Shown: positions 32,537 to 45,468, numbered from the stretch's first letter. The stretch: 64,000 nucleotides of DNA from an uncultured Bacilli bacterium (GCA_947629265.1 CANRCZ010000003.1:8359-72358), one strand, 5' to 3'. Program-made: numbers and translations. The notes: generated by a model from the sequence alone, not told the origin.

Positions 32537-33214
32537 CTATTTTACCTCTTCTGTTTCTTTATAACAATCGTTTTCATATCTTAAACAACATAGTAATCTT
32601 CCACATATACCGTTTACTTTATTAGGTGTTAGTGCTAAATTTTGTCTTTTAGCCATCGAAATTGAAACACTATCAAATTCTTTTAAAAATCTAGCACAAC
32701 ATAATTTTTGACCACATACGCCATAACCACCAACTTGTCCAGCTTTGTCACGTACACCCATTTGTCTTAGTTCGATACGGGTATGATAGATACTTGCTAA
32801 GTCTTTGGCTAAGTCTCTAAAGTCAACTCTTTTTTCAGCATAAAATCTAAAAATCAATTGTTCTCTATTGAAAGTATAAAAAGCATCGATCAATTTCATA
32901 TCTAATTTGTATTTTTTTATTAATTCGTTACATTTTTTTAAAGCATATTTGGATTCTTTGAGATTTTCAACATGTTTAAGATAATCTTTTTTAGTTGCTA
33001 ATTTAACGATTTCAGTTAATTCTTTATTTAATTTAGTTTCATCGATATTGTGAATTTCGGTAACTATTTTACCAAATTGTAATCCTATATCGGTTTTAAC
33101 TAAAACATTGTAACCTTTTTTAATTTGTTTTTCATATTTTTCATTGACAATAAAGTAAGTCATTCGACCATTTTTTTCAAATGTTACTCCAACTATCTTC
33201 TTCAACTTTGTCAC
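32537..33214 (-). CDS. ricT: PSP1-domain protein (YaaT/RicT-like)
   Basis: 225-aa ORF with a Cys-rich C-terminus. Position between holB and yabB/rsmI as in Bacillus. Confidence 0.65.
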   Translation of the reverse strand: MTKLKKIVGVTFEKNGRMTYFIVNEKYEKQIKKGYNVLVKTDIGLQFGKIVTEIHNIDETKLNKELTEIVKLATKKDYLKHVENLKESKYALKKCNELIKKYKLDMKLIDAFYTFNREQLIFRFYAEKRVDFRDLAKDLASIYHTRIELRQMGVRDKAGQVGGYGVCGQKLCCARFLKEFDSVSISMAKRQNLALTPNKVNGICGRLLCCLRYENDCYKETEEVK

Positions 33215-34148
33215 CCCTTACTATGTCTATAATGTATTTATCTATTAGTAAATTTGTATTTGCATTGTAGTTTATTTTATCTTTGGTATCAATTGAAATT
33301 AATAATTTATTATTTAAGGTTTCTAGTGTGTTATTATTTTTAATGTCATCGGTATCGTAATTGTTAAAGAATTCTTTTTTTTGATTGATTTTTTCGTTGA
33401 TGATATCTTTATAGTATAGAATTATGATATCGAATGCAAAAATTATTTCATTTTTTTCTTTAAAAATACTATGAAATAATTTATTAGTATATATTATACT
33501 ATCTAATTTTTTATTTTCAATAGTATTTATAAATGTAATGACATTTTGAATTTTTTCTTTTAGTAAGTCAGTATCTTCGGTTATATCAAATGGTATTTTG
33601 ATGGTATCTTGTAATTTTTGGATATAATCTAGTTCGTTATTTTGATTTTTATTGAAATTGATAATTTGACAACGTGATATGATCGTATCTTTAACTTGGT
33701 ATAGGTTGTCCGCTATTAATAAGGCGATTACGTTAGCTTCTGGTTCTTCGATAAATTTTAAAATTGAATTGGCTGATGATTCATTTAGCCTATCGGCATT
33801 TTTTATTATATATATTTTTTTATTAGCTTCGACGGCTTTATAGCTGAATTCTTGTTGTAGTTCTTCTAATTGTTCTTTTTTTATCCAAAGACCATCTGGT
33901 TCGATTATTTTTAGTTCTGAAAAGATATTTTTATCGATTTTTTCACATTGTGTACATTTTCCGCAATCTGTTTTAAGTGTTTTATTATAAGGACATAGTA
34001 TATATTTTACAAATGCTATGATCATGTTATAAGCATTTTTATTACCTTTGGTTTCAAACAGGTAAGCATGGCTTAATCTATCTTTTTTTATAGCATTTTT
34101 TAATATTTGATAAACGATTTTTTGTTCTTCTTTATAATCATCAAGCAT
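33177..34148 (-). CDS. holB: DNA polymerase III delta' subunit
   Basis: 323-aa ORF with an AAA+-like N-terminus (LSHAYLFETKGNKNAY) and a Cys cluster (CGKCTQCEKI); synteny. Confidence 0.75.
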   Translation of the reverse strand: MLDDYKEEQKIVYQILKNAIKKDRLSHAYLFETKGNKNAYNMIIAFVKYILCPYNKTLKTDCGKCTQCEKIDKNIFSELKIIEPDGLWIKKEQLEELQQEFSYKAVEANKKIYIIKNADRLNESSANSILKFIEEPEANVIALLIADNLYQVKDTIISRCQIINFNKNQNNELDYIQKLQDTIKIPFDITEDTDLLKEKIQNVITFINTIENKKLDSIIYTNKLFHSIFKEKNEIIFAFDIIILYYKDIINEKINQKKEFFNNYDTDDIKNNNTLETLNNKLLISIDTKDKINYNANTNLLIDKYIIDIVRGDKVEEDSWSNI

Positions 34149-34159
34149 ACTACCCTCCT

Positions 34160-34348
34160 TTAAAATACTAAAACGTGAATTATTATAAACGCTAATAATG
34201 CTGGAAAACCTAAAATGGTTGTTACGAGCAGTGTAATTACATTTATAGGTATAATTATTTTAAGTGGTGCTGCTAGGATATTATATCCATATAGTAGAAA
34301 ACCACTGAAAACTAATTTTTTTAGAAACAACCATCCTTTTTTTAACAT
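34160..34348 (-). CDS. Small hydrophobic membrane protein. The slot between recR and holB is occupied by bofA/yaaL in Bacillus.
   Basis: 62-aa ORF with two TM helices. Confidence 0.3.
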   Translation of the reverse strand: MLKKGWLFLKKLVFSGFLLYGYNILAAPLKIIIPINVITLLVTTILGFPALLAFIIIHVLVF

Positions 34349-34385
34349 ATTATCACCTAATCTATCATATTTGATAGATATGATT

Positions 34386-34988
34386 TTATGCTACGTCTTT
34401 ACGATTTTCTAGGGCCATTTCTAGTGTTAGGCTATCTAGGTATTCCATTTCAACACCAAGTGGAACACCATGGGCGATTTTGGTAACTTTGACATTTTTA
34501 TTTTCTAACATTTTTGATATGTATAATGTCGTTGTTTCTCCCTCGATACTAGGTTTAACGGCTATGATTATTTCTTTTATTTTTTCTTTTTCAATTCTAT
34601 CTAATAATGAAAAGATATTTATATCTTCAGGATTGATACCATCTAGTGGTGATATTAATCCATCTAGGACATGATACATTCCGTGATAGCTTCCTAATTT
34701 TTCAAATAAAATAACGTTTTTAGGATCTTCGACAATACATATTGTTTTGGTATCTCTATCTTTTTCGTGTTTGCATATTTCGCATAAATCAGAATCGGCT
34801 AAATTATTACATTTTTTACAACGGGTTATCTTTTTTTTGACATTTTTTAATGATTCAGCAAATAGATTTAGTATTTCATCATCCATATCTAAAGTTGAAA
34901 GTGCTAAACGTTCAGCACTTTTTTCACCGATGGATGGAAATTTTTTAAAACATTCGATTAAATCAATTATTATTTTTGGATAATTCAT
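34386..34988 (-). CDS. recR: Recombination protein RecR
   Basis: 200-aa ORF with a C4 zinc finger (CKKCNNLADSDLCEIC) and a Toprim domain. Confidence 0.9.
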   Translation of the reverse strand: MNYPKIIIDLIECFKKFPSIGEKSAERLALSTLDMDDEILNLFAESLKNVKKKITRCKKCNNLADSDLCEICKHEKDRDTKTICIVEDPKNVILFEKLGSYHGMYHVLDGLISPLDGINPEDINIFSLLDRIEKEKIKEIIIAVKPSIEGETTTLYISKMLENKNVKVTKIAHGVPLGVEMEYLDSLTLEMALENRKDVA

Positions 34989-35284
34989 TAAAATAAACCT
35001 GGCATTCCATTTGTATATTTTCCTAATTTATCATTAGTTTCTTTGTCTATTTGTTTTATACAATCATTTACTGCTACCATAATCATATCTTGTAAGGCTT
35101 CGATATCGTCTTTTTCTAATGAATCAACGTCAATTTTGACATCGGTTATTTCTTTAGTACCTTTCATTTTTATTTCGACAAATGAAGATTTACTTGTGTA
35201 TTCTTTTTCATCGATTTCGTTTTTTGTATTCATCATTTCTTTTTGTAATTTTTGTGCTTGTTTAAGCATAGCTTGCATATTCAT
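34988..35284 (-). CDS. ybaB: Nucleoid-associated protein YbaB/EbfC
   Basis: 98-aa ORF lying between dnaX and recR. Confidence 0.85.
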   Translation of the reverse strand: MNMQAMLKQAQKLQKEMMNTKNEIDEKEYTSKSSFVEIKMKGTKEITDVKIDVDSLEKDDIEALQDMIMVAVNDCIKQIDKETNDKLGKYTNGMPGLF

Positions 35285-35299
35285 ATTCTTTCCCTCTTT

Positions 35300-36949
35300 C
35301 TAGCTATATTCGATTATTTCATCGAATAGTTCTTCTATTTCTGTATTTTTTTTCATATCTAATGTAGGTTCTTCAATATATTCGTATTTTTTTAATTTAT
35401 TATTAAATTCTTGTTTTATGTTATTCCAGTTTTCTTGGTCAACAGCGACGGTTTTATATTGTTTATCAAATTGCTCTGACAACATTTTATCTATTTCGTA
35501 CATTTTTTCATTAAAGTTATCACTGTCGCGACTATTACCAAAGACGAAGATTATATATTCATCGCTTGCAGCTTTTAATTCACCATCGATGATCATTGCT
35601 GCTAGTTCACTATAATCTGGATTGATTATCAACAATCTAATTTCTTCTATCTTGCTTTTCAAGGATAAAAGTTGCTTTTTGTCAAATTTACACAAACAAT
35701 TATTTATCCTTATATTTACTAATTTTTCAAGATTTTTATCTTTTATTTTTTCAGTTTTTGGTTCTATCTTTTTATTTTGTTTTTCTACTTTTTTATTTTC
35801 TTCTTGTTGTGGTTTATTATTTATTTGTTCTTGTTTTATTACCTGTATATTTTGGATATTTTCTTGTTTTGGTTGTTTATAATTGATTATTTCGATTAAA
35901 GTCATTTCAAAGATAATTTTTACATTGCTGGCTTTTTTCATATTGTATATTGCTTCATTAAATATTTTTATATATCGTATAATTTTTTCGTTATCAAATT
36001 TTTTACTTAATTCATCGTATATACTTTTTTCTTCACTATCTTCGACAAAGAAATTTTCAACATTAATATTTAATAAAACATTTTTTAAAAATAAAATAAT
36101 TTCTTCGGTTAATTTTATAAAATTTTTACCATCATTATCATACTGTTCGATCAATTTGAAAGTATATTCATAATCGTTATCTACTATTGCTGTAATGAAT
36201 TCTTTTAGTTTAGCTTGCGCGATCGTTCCATTTATTTCATGGACATCATCGATTGTTATTTTATCATCGGCATACGCTACTACTTGATCTAAAATGCTTA
36301 AAGCATCACGCATACATCCATCAGATAGTCTTGAAATTTCTTTTAAAACATTATCTTCTGCATCGATATTTTCTTGTTTAATAATGTATTTAAGTCGATC
36401 TATCATATTATTTAAACCGATTTTTTTGAAATCGAAGCGTTGACACCTCGATAAAATGGTAATAGGTATTTTATGAGGTTCTGTGGTAGCTAAAATAAAG
36501 ACTGCGTGGTTTGGTGGTTCTTCTAATGTTTTTAGTAAGGCATTGAAAGCACCAGTTGTTAACATATGAACCTCATCTATTATATATACTTTATATTTTC
36601 CAACTGATGGTACTAAATTAACTTTGTTTCTTAGTTCTCTTATTTCATCGACACCATTGTTGGAAGCTGCATCGATTTCGATTATATCAATTGTTTGTTT
36701 ATTATTTATTTGTGTACAACTAACACATTTATTACAAGGTATATATTCTTTAAGGTTTTCGCAGTTTATTGTCTTAGCTAATATCTTTGCAACGCTTGTT
36801 TTACCAGTTCCTCTAGGACCAGTAAATAGATATGCATGACTTAGTTTATTTTTTAATATTGCGTTTTTTAATGTTTTTATAATAACGTCTTGTCCTACTA
36901 CCTCATCAAAGTTATTAGGTCGATATTTTCTATACAACGTTTGATACAA
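35300..36949 (-). CDS. dnaX: DNA polymerase III subunits gamma/tau
   Basis: 549-aa ORF with an AAA+ Walker A (GPRGTGKTSVAKILAK) and a zinc module (CNKCVSC). Confidence 0.92.
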   Translation of the reverse strand: MYQTLYRKYRPNNFDEVVGQDVIIKTLKNAILKNKLSHAYLFTGPRGTGKTSVAKILAKTINCENLKEYIPCNKCVSCTQINNKQTIDIIEIDAASNNGVDEIRELRNKVNLVPSVGKYKVYIIDEVHMLTTGAFNALLKTLEEPPNHAVFILATTEPHKIPITILSRCQRFDFKKIGLNNMIDRLKYIIKQENIDAEDNVLKEISRLSDGCMRDALSILDQVVAYADDKITIDDVHEINGTIAQAKLKEFITAIVDNDYEYTFKLIEQYDNDGKNFIKLTEEIILFLKNVLLNINVENFFVEDSEEKSIYDELSKKFDNEKIIRYIKIFNEAIYNMKKASNVKIIFEMTLIEIINYKQPKQENIQNIQVIKQEQINNKPQQEENKKVEKQNKKIEPKTEKIKDKNLEKLVNIRINNCLCKFDKKQLLSLKSKIEEIRLLIINPDYSELAAMIIDGELKAASDEYIIFVFGNSRDSDNFNEKMYEIDKMLSEQFDKQYKTVAVDQENWNNIKQEFNNKLKKYEYIEEPTLDMKKNTEIEELFDEIIEYS

Positions 36950-37020
36950 TTTATCACCTCATTTACCTATATAGTATAACATTTTTAAGCTTATTTTTAA
37001 AGAAAAGAATTTATTATAAA

Positions 37021-37543
37021 AAATATGTTTCACGTGAAACATTGGTCATTCGTTTTATTATTTTTATTACGTTGATTCTATGTTTCACGTGAAACATTAG
37101 CTATTCGTTTTATTATTCTTACTACGTTATGTTTATGTTTCAAGTGAAACATTAGTTATTCGTTTTATTATTTTTATTACGTTGATTTTATGTTTCACGT
37201 GAAACATTGATTATTCATTTAATTATTTTTATTACGTTGATTTTATGTTTCACGTGAAACATTGATTATTCATTTAATTATTTTTATTACGTTGATTTTA
37301 TGTTTCACGTGAAACATTAGCTATTTACTTTATTATTCTTACTACGTTAAGTTTATGTTTCACGTGAAACATTGGTTATTCATTTTACTATTTTTATTAC
37401 GTTAGTTTTATGTTTCACGTGAAACATTAGCTATTTGTTTTATTATTTTTATTACGTTAGTTTTATGTTTCACGTGAAACATTAGTTATTCGTTTTATTA
37501 TTCTTACTACGTTAATTCAATGTTTCACGTGAAACATTGATCA
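37021..37543. repeat. parS: Tandem array of 10 copies of a ~55-bp unit. Each unit contains the palindromic parS consensus TGTTTCACGTGAAACA. Copies start at 37026, 37081, 37137 (CAAGTG variant), 37191, 37246, 37301, 37356, 37411, 37466 and 37521.
   Basis: Read directly from the sequence. The 16-bp palindrome is identical to the canonical ParB-binding parS. The inter-palindrome segments are near-identical to each other, so they are not unique spacers. Confidence 0.85.
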
Positions 37544-37972
37544 TCATCTTAATGATTTAAAAAAATCTTTCAATAATCCTGCTGTTTCTTCTGATAGAAT
37601 ATCACCAACAATATTTATTTTTTTTATATCACTATTGTGTATTGCACCAAAATTTTCATTTATACTACCATATACTATATTATTAATTCTTGATTGCATT
37701 ATAGCCCCTAAACACATACTACATGGTTCAATAGTTGTATATAACGTACAATTATCAAGATGCCATGTTTTTAATTTCTTACACGCTTTTTCAATTGCTA
37801 TAATTTCAGCATGCTTAGTAGCTATATTTTTATATTCTTTTTGATTGTACCCCCTAGCTATTACCTTATCGTTATATACGATAATAGCCCCTATAGGTAC
37901 ATCACCTTTTTTTAAAGCTTTCTTAGCTTCTTTTATAGCTAATGCCATATATTTTTCATGCATTTTTATCAC
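37544..37972 (-). CDS. tadA: tRNA-specific adenosine deaminase
   Basis: 142-aa ORF with CDA zinc motifs HAEIIAI and PCSMC. Confidence 0.9.
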   Translation of the reverse strand: MIKMHEKYMALAIKEAKKALKKGDVPIGAIIVYNDKVIARGYNQKEYKNIATKHAEIIAIEKACKKLKTWHLDNCTLYTTIEPCSMCLGAIMQSRINNIVYGSINENFGAIHNSDIKKINIVGDILSEETAGLLKDFFKSLR

Positions 37973-37979
37973 CTACAAA

Positions 37980-38060
37980 AAAGCACACACATTAAGTGAT
38001 CCTTAAGGCTGCTGTTTTCCAACTCTGACCTGGTTCGAATATTAATGTTGTGCTATCTAT
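37980..38060 (-). ncRNA. ffs: Small bacterial SRP RNA (4.5S/scRNA), about 75-85 nt
   Basis: The minus strand reads ...GAACCAGGUCAGAGUUGGAAAACAGCAGCC..., the conserved domain-IV motif. A terminal helix forms between AGCACAACAUUAA and UUAAUGUGUGUGCU. Position adjacent to tadA/dnaX matches Bacillus. Confidence 0.6.
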
Positions 38061-38090
38061 AATATATAATAATTAAAAAAAATAATCAAT

Positions 38091-38106
38091 GTTTCACGTG
38101 AAACAT
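38091..38106. promoter_or_regulatory. parS: Isolated 11th perfect parS site (TGTTTCACGTGAAACA). It overlaps the -35 (TTGATT) of the putative ffs promoter on the minus strand.
   Basis: Exact palindrome in the sequence. On the minus strand downstream: ttgatt-N17-tatatt-N6-AGCACA. Confidence 0.75.
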
Positions 38107-38123
38107 TGACCACTTTTTTTAAA

Positions 38124-40574
38124 TTAATTTTCTTCGATTTCTTCTTCATCTACTTTTTCAATTTTTTCAATAATAGCTACAGAACTTACTTTTTGTTCAT
38201 CTTTCAAATTAATTAATTTAACACCTTGAGCTACTCTACCAGTTACTGATATTTGCTCAATTGGTAATCTTATTATAATTCCACTATTAGTAATAATCAT
38301 TAGATCCTCTTCACCAGTTGTTGTTTTAAACGCTACTATATTTCCGTTTTTAGATGTTACATTTAGAGCTTTAACACCTTTGCTTCCTCTATGAGTCATT
38401 CTATATTCTTCTAACTTAGTACGTTTTCCATATCCATTTTCAGTTACTACTAAAATTTCATCATCTGGTTTAGCAATTTCACAACCTACACATATACCAT
38501 CACCAACATCGATTCCTTTAACACCAGTAGCTGTACGTCCAGTTATTCTTATTTCTTTTTCTTCATATCTAATCATACGACCATTGCTAGATGCCATTAA
38601 TATCTCATCATTACCACTAGTCTTTTTAACAGATATCAATTGATCATCATCTCTTAAGGTTATAGCTATCTTACCATTAGATCTTATATTATCGAACTCT
38701 TTTATGTTGGTTCTCTTGATTAAACCATTTTGTGTACAAAATACAATATATTTATTTTGTTCTTCTTTTTCAACCTTTAGTATAACTTTAACCTCTTCAT
38801 CTTTCTCAATTGGTAATAAATTGATAATTGGTAAGCCTTTAGATTGACGATTAAATAATGGTACCTCGTATCCTTTGATACGGTAAACTTTACCTCTATT
38901 TGTAAAGATTAATAAGTAATCATGAGTTGTCATCGAAATTAAACTTTGAGCGAAATCTTCTTCGTTAGTTGTCATTCCTTTAATTCCGACTCCACCACGG
39001 TTTTGACTTTTATATGTTTCACTTGGTGTACGTTTTATATATCCTTTGTTAGTAAGTGTTATAACGATATCTTCGACTGGTATTAATGATTCATCTTCAA
39101 TATAATCAATAGCTGTCATATCGATCTTAGTTCTTCTTTCATCAGAATATTTATTTTTAATTTCTGTAAGTTCATTTTTAATTATTTCAAGAATCTTTTC
39201 TTCACTAGCTAAGATAGCTGTTAATTCTTCGATAGTTGCTAATAATTCTTTTAATTCTTCTTCAATTTTATCTCTTTCTAAGCCTGTTAAACGACGTAAT
39301 TTCATTTCAAGAATAGCTTTAGCTTGAGTTTCTGTCAAGTTAAATCTTGAAATTAATTGTTCAGTTGCTTCTAAATCGTTTTTAGCAGCTTTAAGTAAAG
39401 CGATTACAGCATCGATATTATCTAAGGCTATTTTTAACCCCTCTAAGATATGTGCTCTTGCTCGAGCTTTTTCTAATTCAAATTTAGTTCTTCTAATAAT
39501 GACTAATTTTTGATGATCGACATACTTTTCTAGCATTTCTTTTAATGATAATATTCTTGGTTCATTATCGACTAAAGCTAGGGTATTTACACCATATGAC
39601 GTTTGTAGTGAGGTATGTTTATATAAATTATTTAATACGACATTGGCATTTGCATCTCTTTTTAAATCGATTATAATTTTTATACCACTACGATCTGATG
39701 ATAAATCTCTAATATCGGTAATACCATCGATAATTTTTTCTTTAACTAAATCAGCGATTCTTTCGATTAAAGAAGCCTTATTTACCATATAAGGTATTTC
39801 GGACACAATTATTTGTTGCTTATTATTTGATAAGGTTTCTATCTCAGCTTTACTGCGGATAGTGATAATTCCTTTACCTATTTCATAAGCTTTCTTAATT
39901 GAACTATTACCTAAAATTAAACCACCGGTTGGAAAGTCAGGACCTTTAATATATTCCATTAATCCTAATGTATCAATATCAGGATTATCGATTAAAGCGA
40001 TCGTTCCATCGATAACCTCACCTAAATTATGTGGTGGAATATTAGTTGCCATACCAACAGCGATACCAGTTGAACCATTAACTAAAAGGTTAGGAAATCT
40101 TGATGGTAAAACGGTTGGTTCTTTTTCCGTTTCATCAAAGTTAGGAATAAAATCGATCGTATCTTTATTAATATCTCTTACTAATTCGATACTTAGTTTT
40201 GACATACGAGCTTCGGTATAACGCATAGCGGCAGCGCCATCACCATCGATTGAACCAAAGTTACCATGACCATCGACTAAGGTATAACGATATGAGAAAT
40301 CTTGAGCCATTCTAACTAAAGCCTCATAGATACTTGAGTCACCATGAGGGTGATATTTACCCATGACGTCTCCGACGATACGAGCTGATTTACGATAAGG
40401 AGCACTAGCATTCGTACCAACTAATTCACTTAAACCATAGATAATTCTTCTTTGAACAGGTTTTAAACCATCTCTTACATCAGGTAAGGCACGTGATGCT
40501 ATAACACTCATAGCATAATCTATAAAAGAATTTTCAATTTCTTTGGAAAATTTTATTGTTTCTAATCTATCCAT
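38124..40574 (-). CDS. gyrA: DNA gyrase subunit A
   Basis: 816-aa ORF with the active-site region AAMRYTEAR and C-terminal beta-pinwheel repeats. Sits downstream of gyrB. Confidence 0.95.
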   Translation of the reverse strand: MDRLETIKFSKEIENSFIDYAMSVIASRALPDVRDGLKPVQRRIIYGLSELVGTNASAPYRKSARIVGDVMGKYHPHGDSSIYEALVRMAQDFSYRYTLVDGHGNFGSIDGDGAAAMRYTEARMSKLSIELVRDINKDTIDFIPNFDETEKEPTVLPSRFPNLLVNGSTGIAVGMATNIPPHNLGEVIDGTIALIDNPDIDTLGLMEYIKGPDFPTGGLILGNSSIKKAYEIGKGIITIRSKAEIETLSNNKQQIIVSEIPYMVNKASLIERIADLVKEKIIDGITDIRDLSSDRSGIKIIIDLKRDANANVVLNNLYKHTSLQTSYGVNTLALVDNEPRILSLKEMLEKYVDHQKLVIIRRTKFELEKARARAHILEGLKIALDNIDAVIALLKAAKNDLEATEQLISRFNLTETQAKAILEMKLRRLTGLERDKIEEELKELLATIEELTAILASEEKILEIIKNELTEIKNKYSDERRTKIDMTAIDYIEDESLIPVEDIVITLTNKGYIKRTPSETYKSQNRGGVGIKGMTTNEEDFAQSLISMTTHDYLLIFTNRGKVYRIKGYEVPLFNRQSKGLPIINLLPIEKDEEVKVILKVEKEEQNKYIVFCTQNGLIKRTNIKEFDNIRSNGKIAITLRDDDQLISVKKTSGNDEILMASSNGRMIRYEEKEIRITGRTATGVKGIDVGDGICVGCEIAKPDDEILVVTENGYGKRTKLEEYRMTHRGSKGVKALNVTSKNGNIVAFKTTTGEEDLMIITNSGIIIRLPIEQISVTGRVAQGVKLINLKDEQKVSSVAIIEKIEKVDEEEIEEN

Positions 40575-40583
40575 AATACCCTC

Positions 40584-43638
<3,055 letters not shown>

Positions 43639-43795
43639 ATAACACCCTCTTTTTTAATTTTAATGCCGTTTTTTTTAAAAATGACCTTAACATGTACTCC
43701 TATACACATATATAATTATACCATAAAAATAAAGAAAAAATAAGCCTTTTTTATCTTTTAAGCTTATTTTTTATAACAAATTATTCTGTTTTATT

Positions 43796-44323
43796 TTAGA
43801 TGATTATTTTTTCTTGATACATCTCATTTTTTCGTGTATTTATTATCTCTTTTAATAGTTTAGCTTTTTTTAATTGATTGTTAACTGTATAGTAAGATTT
43901 ATCAACTTGGATAGTAGAACCATTGGTAAAACATATTTGTGTATTTTTACCACATTTATTGATTTGGCTTAAATTCGCTAAATTAATCCATATACACCGA
44001 TCATCTCTAGTTGATGATAATGGAAAAAATATTATGTTGTTACTTTCTTCTATAATAATCGGTAATTTAGAGTTTAATCCAATTATATTTTTTGTTCCTG
44101 TAATCCGTCCAATATAAGAACTACCATAATAGTTACAATTATAATCTAGGATATTGATAATTTTATCTTCGATATGGTAACTATGTTTAGTTTCGATTAT
44201 ATGAACCATATTTCTATTTTTTCCAATCAATGCTAAGGTATCTTTAGTTATATTGTATTTAGACATACCATAACCCCCTCCCCAGCTAATATTAAATAAT
44301 ATTTTATTGTCGATAATTATCAA
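43796..44323 (-). CDS. comK: ComK-family competence transcription factor homologue
   Basis: 175-aa ORF with blocks resembling B. subtilis ComK: YYGSSYIGRITGT (cf. FFGSSYAGRKAGT), IFFPLSSTRDDRCIWI (cf. FLFPTLSSTRPQCGWI), FTNGSTIQVDKSY (cf. FSNGKTMELPISY). The comparison is from memory of the ComK sequence. Confidence 0.55.
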   Translation of the reverse strand: MIIIDNKILFNISWGGGYGMSKYNITKDTLALIGKNRNMVHIIETKHSYHIEDKIINILDYNCNYYGSSYIGRITGTKNIIGLNSKLPIIIEESNNIIFFPLSSTRDDRCIWINLANLSQINKCGKNTQICFTNGSTIQVDKSYYTVNNQLKKAKLLKEIINTRKNEMYQEKIII

Positions 44324-44346
44324 AAAAACTCTCTTTACGAAAGTTT

Positions 44347-45468
44347 TTATATTGTTCTAATTGGAACGACTAATTGAATAAGTTTATCATCGTCGACATT
44401 TTTAATAATAATTGGTCTAATATCACCACTGAATAATAATTCGATATTTTCACATTCTAAGGCTTTTACTGCTTCCATCATAAATTTAGAAGAGAATGAT
44501 ATGTTTATATTTTCATCATTATTTTTAGTAGCATCGATCTGTTCTTCGACATTTCCGATTTCAGGAATATTTGATGATATGACGATTTCATTTTCTTTGG
44601 TTACTAAGTTAATAGTATTTTTTTCTTCTTCGTTAGTAAATAATGAAGCTCGATCTAGTGCATTATAAAATTCATTTAAGTTAAGTTGAACTTTTAAGAA
44701 ATAATCAGTTGGTATTAATGCGGATAAGTTTGGAAAATTACCATTGATCAATCTAGACATAAAGATAATGTTATCAAATTTAAAGATTATTTTATTGCTG
44801 AAGATATGTAATTCGATATTATCTTCGTTATCACTTAATAGACGCATTAATTCGTTTAAGTTTCTAGTTGGAATGATGATATTGATTTCTTCTTTTAATG
44901 ACTCTGGTAATTCGACGATTTTTTTACTAGCGCGGTAAGAGTCAGTTGCACTTATTTCCATAATATTATTTTCACATTTAAAATTGATACCCATTAAAAC
45001 TGGTTTAGATTCTTGATTTGATGAAGCAAAGGCTGTTTGTCTAATGATATTTTTAAATGTTTGTTTATTTAATATGATAGGATCTTTATTTTCTTTTAAA
45101 TCTAAGATAGGAAATTCTGATGGAATATTACAATTTAAGTTTGTTGATGATTGTTTAGTTTCAATAATGATCTTATTATCGATTACCTCTTCAATATGGA
45201 TGATATCGTTTGGTAATTTTTTTACTATTTCATATATATATCTACCTGATACTAATATTTCACCATATGAATTTATTTTAGCGATATCTTTTTTATCGAT
45301 AAAAGTTTTAATAGCGATATCGTTATCGGTACTTAATAGATATAATCCCTCTTCGGTTAATTCAAATTTTATACAGTTTAAAACTGGTATCATATTTTTT
45401 GTAGATATTCCTTTAATTACATAGTTTAAATGTTCAATTAAAATACTTTGTTTGATTTCTAAATTCAT
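44347..45468 (-). CDS. dnaN: DNA polymerase III beta sliding clamp
   Basis: 373-aa ORF immediately downstream of dnaA, with a three-domain clamp-like sequence. Confidence 0.9.
   Translation of the reverse strand: MNLEIKQSILIEHLNYVIKGISTKNMIPVLNCIKFELTEEGLYLLSTDNDIAIKTFIDKKDIAKINSYGEILVSGRYIYEIVKKLPNDIIHIEEVIDNKIIIETKQSSTNLNCNIPSEFPILDLKENKDPIILNKQTFKNIIRQTAFASSNQESKPVLMGINFKCENNIMEISATDSYRASKKIVELPESLKEEINIIIPTRNLNELMRLLSDNEDNIELHIFSNKIIFKFDNIIFMSRLINGNFPNLSALIPTDYFLKVQLNLNEFYNALDRASLFTNEEEKNTINLVTKENEIVISSNIPEIGNVEEQIDATKNNDENINISFSSKFMMEAVKALECENIELLFSGDIRPIIIKNVDDDKLIQLVVPIRTI

Noticed and set aside
37021-37543. The regularly spaced palindromic repeats looked like a CRISPR array.
   Set aside because: The 39-bp linkers between palindromes are nearly identical to each other, so they are not unique spacers. 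The repeat itself is the 16-bp parS consensus, not a 28-37-bp CRISPR repeat. No cas genes are nearby.
38020-38035. GGTTCGAAT on the plus strand resembles a tRNA T-loop.
   Set aside because: No acceptor or anticodon arm can be built around it. The same bases on the minus strand form the conserved CCAGGUC domain-IV motif of SRP RNA.
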